From NCBI RefSeq assembly GCF_000219355.1, contig NC_015722.1, forward strand, positions 210,001 to 242,000: a DNA stretch of 32,000 bases. The letters are read 5' to 3'. Below are positions 28,511 to 32,000 of this stretch, one piece after another. How positions within the stretch are numbered: the stretch's first letter is position 1; the number at the start of each line of letters is the position of its first letter. Origin of the DNA: Candidatus Midichloria mitochondrii IricVA (GTDB lineage Bacteria; Pseudomonadota; Alphaproteobacteria; Rickettsiales; Midichloriaceae). The position numbers and the translations under genes are program-made. The notes under the pieces are model-generated. The model did not search any database. It was not told the DNA's origin and saw nothing but the letters and a program-made list of their open reading frames with translations.

Positions 28511-28711
28511 ATCTTAAAAAGAATAGTTATATCTTGCGTACTTGTCTGACAGTCAAAACTTAACTGACCAGCAGAGTAATAGTGTATATAAGATGAATCT
28601 TGATTAGTACAGCTAGGTAATTCTATTAGCTTGGTACTGAGATATGGCTTCCTAAACCCTGCGGTTATCCATATACTTTAGCTACTAAAAAAACTTTATC
28701 GAATTCTCTTC

Positions 28712-29962
28712 TCAAGCGCTAATCAAATACTCTCTCTCTATGCCCTTTATAAGGCAAGTTACAACCTCTCCCGCAGCTCTTCCCTTTGAAGCGATTTTTA
28801 CTAGACTAAAATCTTCTGCGCGCCCTATTGCTCCATAGCCTTCAACCAAAACCTTAAAAGTTTTACCGATTTTATTTATATTAGACTGCCGTAAAATTTC
28901 TGCTCCAACCTGTCTTATTGTTGCTGCTCTTTCCTTTCTAATGTTTTTTGGGACCTGAGGCATTTTTGCAGCAGGGGTCCCATGCCTTTCTGAATATGGA
29001 AATACGTGAAGGTAAGATATACCGATTTCTCTTAGCAAATTGACGGTGTTTTGAAACATATCTTGAGTTTCAGTTGGAAAACCTGCGATAATATCTGCTC
29101 CAAATTCTGTTTCTGGACGTAAAGATCTTATTTTGCTACAAAATCTAATTATATCTTCTCTGCTATGGCGTCTTTTCATTCTTTTTAGTATCATATTATC
29201 CCCAGACTGTAAGCTTAAGTGTAAGTGGGGCATAATCCTTTTCTCGTGAGCAAATAAATCTATAAAATCGCTTTTTAACTCTGCAACATCAATAGAAGAT
29301 AATCTAAGTCTTGGGAGGTTTGGAACATTATTTAATAATCTTTTGATTATTTCTGTTAGCGAAGGCTGGCCCGGTAAGTCTAGACCGTAATCGGTAATAT
29401 CTACTCCTGTTAGCACTATTTCTTTAAAACCTCTATCAACTAAGCCTTGGGCATTTGCAACAATTTCTCCAAGCGGCACACTTCTGCTGTTACCACGTCC
29501 ATAAGGTATAATACAAAAGGTACAACGATGATTACATCCGTTTTGAATCTGTAAAAAAGCTCTTACTCTTTCTTCTATAATACCAGGTATATAATGTGCA
29601 GTTTCTCGAACAGACATTATGTCATTAACTAGAATCTTTTCACTATTATCATATACTAGACTCTCATAGGTTTTAGGCTGCATCTTTTCGATATTGCCTA
29701 TTATCTTATCAACTTCAGGCATAGCGGAATAAAGATTAGGATTAACTTGGGCCGCACAGCCTGTGACAATAATTTTCTTATCTGGTTCTTTCCTGTGAAG
29801 TCTTCTTATAGATTGACGAAGTTGGCGTTCAGCTTCACTGGTTACGGAGCAGCTGTTTAGAATAATGACATTTTTTAATCCAGCCTCTTCGGCTCGCTTT
29901 TTAACCTCCACCCCCTCATTTTGATTGAGCCTACAGCCAAATGTTACAACTTCTACGGTCAT
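28712..29962 (-). CDS. mtaB: MiaB-like radical-SAM tRNA methylthiotransferase, MtaB type
   Basis: 416-aa ORF. N-terminal VVTFGCRLNQNE (MTTase domain), the radical-SAM cluster motif CNHRCTFCIIP, and a C-terminal TRAM-like region. Confidence 0.82.
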   Translation of the reverse strand: MTVEVVTFGCRLNQNEGVEVKKRAEEAGLKNVIILNSCSVTSEAERQLRQSIRRLHRKEPDKKIIVTGCAAQVNPNLYSAMPEVDKIIGNIEKMQPKTYESLVYDNSEKILVNDIMSVRETAHYIPGIIEERVRAFLQIQNGCNHRCTFCIIPYGRGNSRSVPLGEIVANAQGLVDRGFKEIVLTGVDITDYGLDLPGQPSLTEIIKRLLNNVPNLPRLRLSSIDVAELKSDFIDLFAHEKRIMPHLHLSLQSGDNMILKRMKRRHSREDIIRFCSKIRSLRPETEFGADIIAGFPTETQDMFQNTVNLLREIGISYLHVFPYSERHGTPAAKMPQVPKNIRKERAATIRQVGAEILRQSNINKIGKTFKVLVEGYGAIGRAEDFSLVKIASKGRAAGEVVTCLIKGIEREYLISA

Positions 29963-29975
29963 TGATTTATCTAAA

Positions 29976-30052
<77 letters not shown>

Positions 30053-30077
30053 ATTTAAAAAACTTTAAAGGATAAAT

Positions 30078-30335
30078 TTAATAAGCAGAAATTACTGAAA
30101 TGTAAATGCGGTCCCTTGCTCCTCTTTTAAAAGAAACAGAGCCATCAATTAAGGAAAAGATGGTACGGTCTTTTCCCATACCAACATTTTCGCCAGGATG
30201 AAACTGTGTACCACGCTGCCTTACTATAATATTGCCAGGTACAACAGACTGTCCACCAAATACCTTTACTCCTAACCTTCTACCGCGAGAATCGCGACCG
30301 TTCTTGGAACTACCGCCAGCTTTTTTGGTTGCCAT
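30078..30335 (-). CDS. rpmA: 50S ribosomal protein L27
   Basis: [24 protein letters not shown]...[15 protein letters not shown] is the canonical L27 sequence. Confidence 0.97.
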   Translation of the reverse strand: MATKKAGGSSKNGRDSRGRRLGVKVFGGQSVVPGNIIVRQRGTQFHPGENVGMGKDRTIFSLIDGSVSFKRGARDRIYISVISAY

Positions 30336-30354
30336 CTTTTCCTACCCTATAAAA

Positions 30355-30654
30355 TTAAGAAATTATCTCTTTAACTCGCATAACAGTAATCTGCTGTCTA
30401 TGCCCTCTTTTTCTGCGATAGTTATGCCTGCGTTTTTTCTTAAACACAACAACTTTACCGGTCTTTTTATGCTCGAGCACCTCAGCAGTCACTTTAGCAC
30501 TGCCTAAATTTTTAGCATCAACTTTCTCGCCTATTAAAATAACTTTTTCTAATTCAACAACACGGCCAATGTCAGCGACCACCTTCTCAGTTTGTATAAC
30601 ATCGCCGACCTTTACCCTATATTGTTTTCCACCTGTTTCAACTACAGCAAACAT
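30355..30654 (-). CDS. rplU: 50S ribosomal protein L21
   Basis: MFAVVETGGKQYRVKVGD...KKKRRHNYRRKRGHRQ is the canonical L21 sequence. It lies immediately upstream of rpmA, the conserved order. Confidence 0.95.
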   Translation of the reverse strand: MFAVVETGGKQYRVKVGDVIQTEKVVADIGRVVELEKVILIGEKVDAKNLGSAKVTAEVLEHKKTGKVVVFKKKRRHNYRRKRGHRQQITVMRVKEIIS

Positions 30655-30744
30655 AAAAAACTCTAAAATACATATTAACCACTAGCAGACTCTGCACTTT
30701 TAAAGTCTTGCTGATAAAAAGTCAATAGCAAAATCATAAATCTG

Positions 30745-31011
30745 CTATCTTCCTTTACCGCCTCCGACAATACCCGGTAATTTAGCATCAGCCGAAATAG
30801 GAGTTTGAGGAGGAGGTGGCAACATTGAAACATTTTGCAATGAAAAAGAGCTAGCAAAGCCTTGCATCGCAGAAGATAGCCTATCTATTAAAGCAATGCC
30901 TGGGATTAATGGTTTAAATTTTTGCGGAGTGTTTTCTAATCCTTGAAAAATTAGCTTCCCGTTATTTGGCCCCATTCCTCCGATATGTCCAAAATCTTCT
31001 GACATAAGCAT
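30745..31011 (-). CDS. hypothetical low-complexity Gly/Pro-rich protein
   Basis: ORF between rplU and uvrC, divergent from uvrC. ATG at 31011. I recognise no family, and coding status is uncertain. Confidence 0.3.
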   Translation of the reverse strand: MLMSEDFGHIGGMGPNNGKLIFQGLENTPQKFKPLIPGIALIDRLSSAMQGFASSFSLQNVSMLPPPPQTPISADAKLPGIVGGGKGR

Positions 31012-31096
31012 ATACAAACAAAAAATACTATATATAAATGATAATATGTATTACAATACTTAGTCAATAAGTGAAGAGTACAAGGGGGGTGTAAAT

Positions 31097-32000
31097 TTGA
31101 GCTTAGAAACTGGAATAAAATTAATAAATCAGACCATAAAGGACATTACTGAAGAAAGTGGTGTTTATAAGATGGTAAACGCCCAAGGGGAGATAATGTA
31201 TGTTGGTAAGGCTAAAAATTTAGTCAGAAGGGTACACCAATATACTCAAATTGAAAGGCTACCTAATAGATTGAGATTGATGGTTTCCCTGCTTACTAAG
31301 ATCGAGGTACTTATCACAAAATCGGAAGAGGAAGCACTTCTTTTAGAAGCTCAGCTCATAAAAGGCTTACGGCCCAAATTCAATATAGCTTTAAAGAGTG
31401 ATAAAAGCTTTCCTTATTTAGTTATTGAGAATGTGCATAAATTTCCACGGATCTTTAAGTATAGGGGAGCTAAGAAAGAAAAAAATTCTTATTTTGGTCC
31501 ATTTTTGGTGGCTGGTGATTTGGAAAATCTCATGTTGAATATCCAAAAAATTTTTAAGTTACGCAGTTGCTCCGATAAATTCTTTTCAAGAAGACAAAGG
31601 CCTTGCCTTCTATACCAAATATCTAGGTGTTCTGCTCCTTGTGTCGACAAAATAAGCGAAGCAGATTATAATAAAAGCCTCAAAAGAGCAAAAAAATTTT
31701 TATCTGGAGATGTGGCAGAACTTCGAAATGAGCTAATAAAAGAAATGGAAATAGCTAGTGAGAATTTACAATTTGAGAAGGCAGCGGAGGTAAGATACAA
31801 AATACAATTGTTTAATCAGCTGCAAACAGAAGAGTTATATAGTGAAAATGCATATGATAATATTGATGTCTTTGCAATATATTCCATGCAGCTTAGGAAT
31901 GCTATACAGGTGTTTAGTATTAGAGAGGGAAAAAACGTTGGTCATGCGAATTTCTTCTTGGACGCAATTGAAGAAGGGGATGAAATAGTAAAGACGTTTT
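31097..32000 (+). CDS. uvrC: excinuclease ABC subunit C; 3' end runs off the window
   Basis: TTG 31097 is preceded by AAGGGGGGTG. Has the GIY-YIG domain (GVYKMVNAQGEIMYVGKAKNLVRRVHQY...EALLLEAQLIKGLRPKFN) and the cysteine motif RPCLLYQISRCSAPC. Open to base 32000. Confidence 0.93.
   Translation, partial: MSLETGIKLINQTIKDITEESGVYKMVNAQGEIMYVGKAKNLVRRVHQYTQIERLPNRLRLMVSLLTKIEVLITKSEEEALLLEAQLIKGLRPKFNIALKSDKSFPYLVIENVHKFPRIFKYRGAKKEKNSYFGPFLVAGDLENLMLNIQKIFKLRSCSDKFFSRRQRPCLLYQISRCSAPCVDKISEADYNKSLKRAKKFLSGDVAELRNELIKEMEIASENLQFEKAAEVRYKIQLFNQLQTEELYSENAYDNIDVFAIYSMQLRNAIQVFSIREGKNVGHANFFLDAIEEGDEIVKTF

Overview
AT-rich chromosomal window. By inference from the protein sequences only, it comes from an alphaproteobacterium with an obligate-intracellular (Rickettsiales/Holosporales-like) lifestyle.

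Intact genes are core housekeeping functions: mnmG (partial), ruvX, an O-methyltransferase, ccmC, hemE, dnaB, recA, ppdK, a NifU/Nfu protein, secA, a YddA/SbmA-type ABC transporter, mutM, dedA, a YfgM-like TPR protein, an AI-2E permease, mtaB, rplU-rpmA and uvrC (partial). There are two tRNAs, Gln-UUG and Ile-GAU. I saw no rRNA and no CRISPR array.

Between these genes lie blocks of decayed DNA:
- a Dps pseudogene
- a relic island with a TrbC/VirB2 pilin pseudogene
- a Gly/Arg-repeat pseudogene
- a His-motif gene and a comEC pseudogene
- a frameshifted DUF2312/GapR-like gene
- an IS graveyard holding an IS982-family deletion derivative, an IS1-type zinc-ribbon fragment and an IS481-type integrase core

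Relics of one IS982-family element recur at four places. One truncates ppdK just before its catalytic-Cys motif. Another is reduced to a perfect 20-bp foldback beside tRNA-Gln.

The AT-rich gap upstream of hemE, where gene orientation diverges, is a candidate replication origin by synteny, but I found no perfect DnaA or CtrA boxes by eye.

I found no intact candidate for a new multi-gene system. The accessory stretches are all degraded. The items most worth a second look are the IS982 relic family and foldback, the single-shift homopolymer frameshifts flanking ccmC, the ppdK truncation, the origin candidate and the Gly/Arg tandem-repeat pseudogene. All alignments were made by eye and need computational confirmation.
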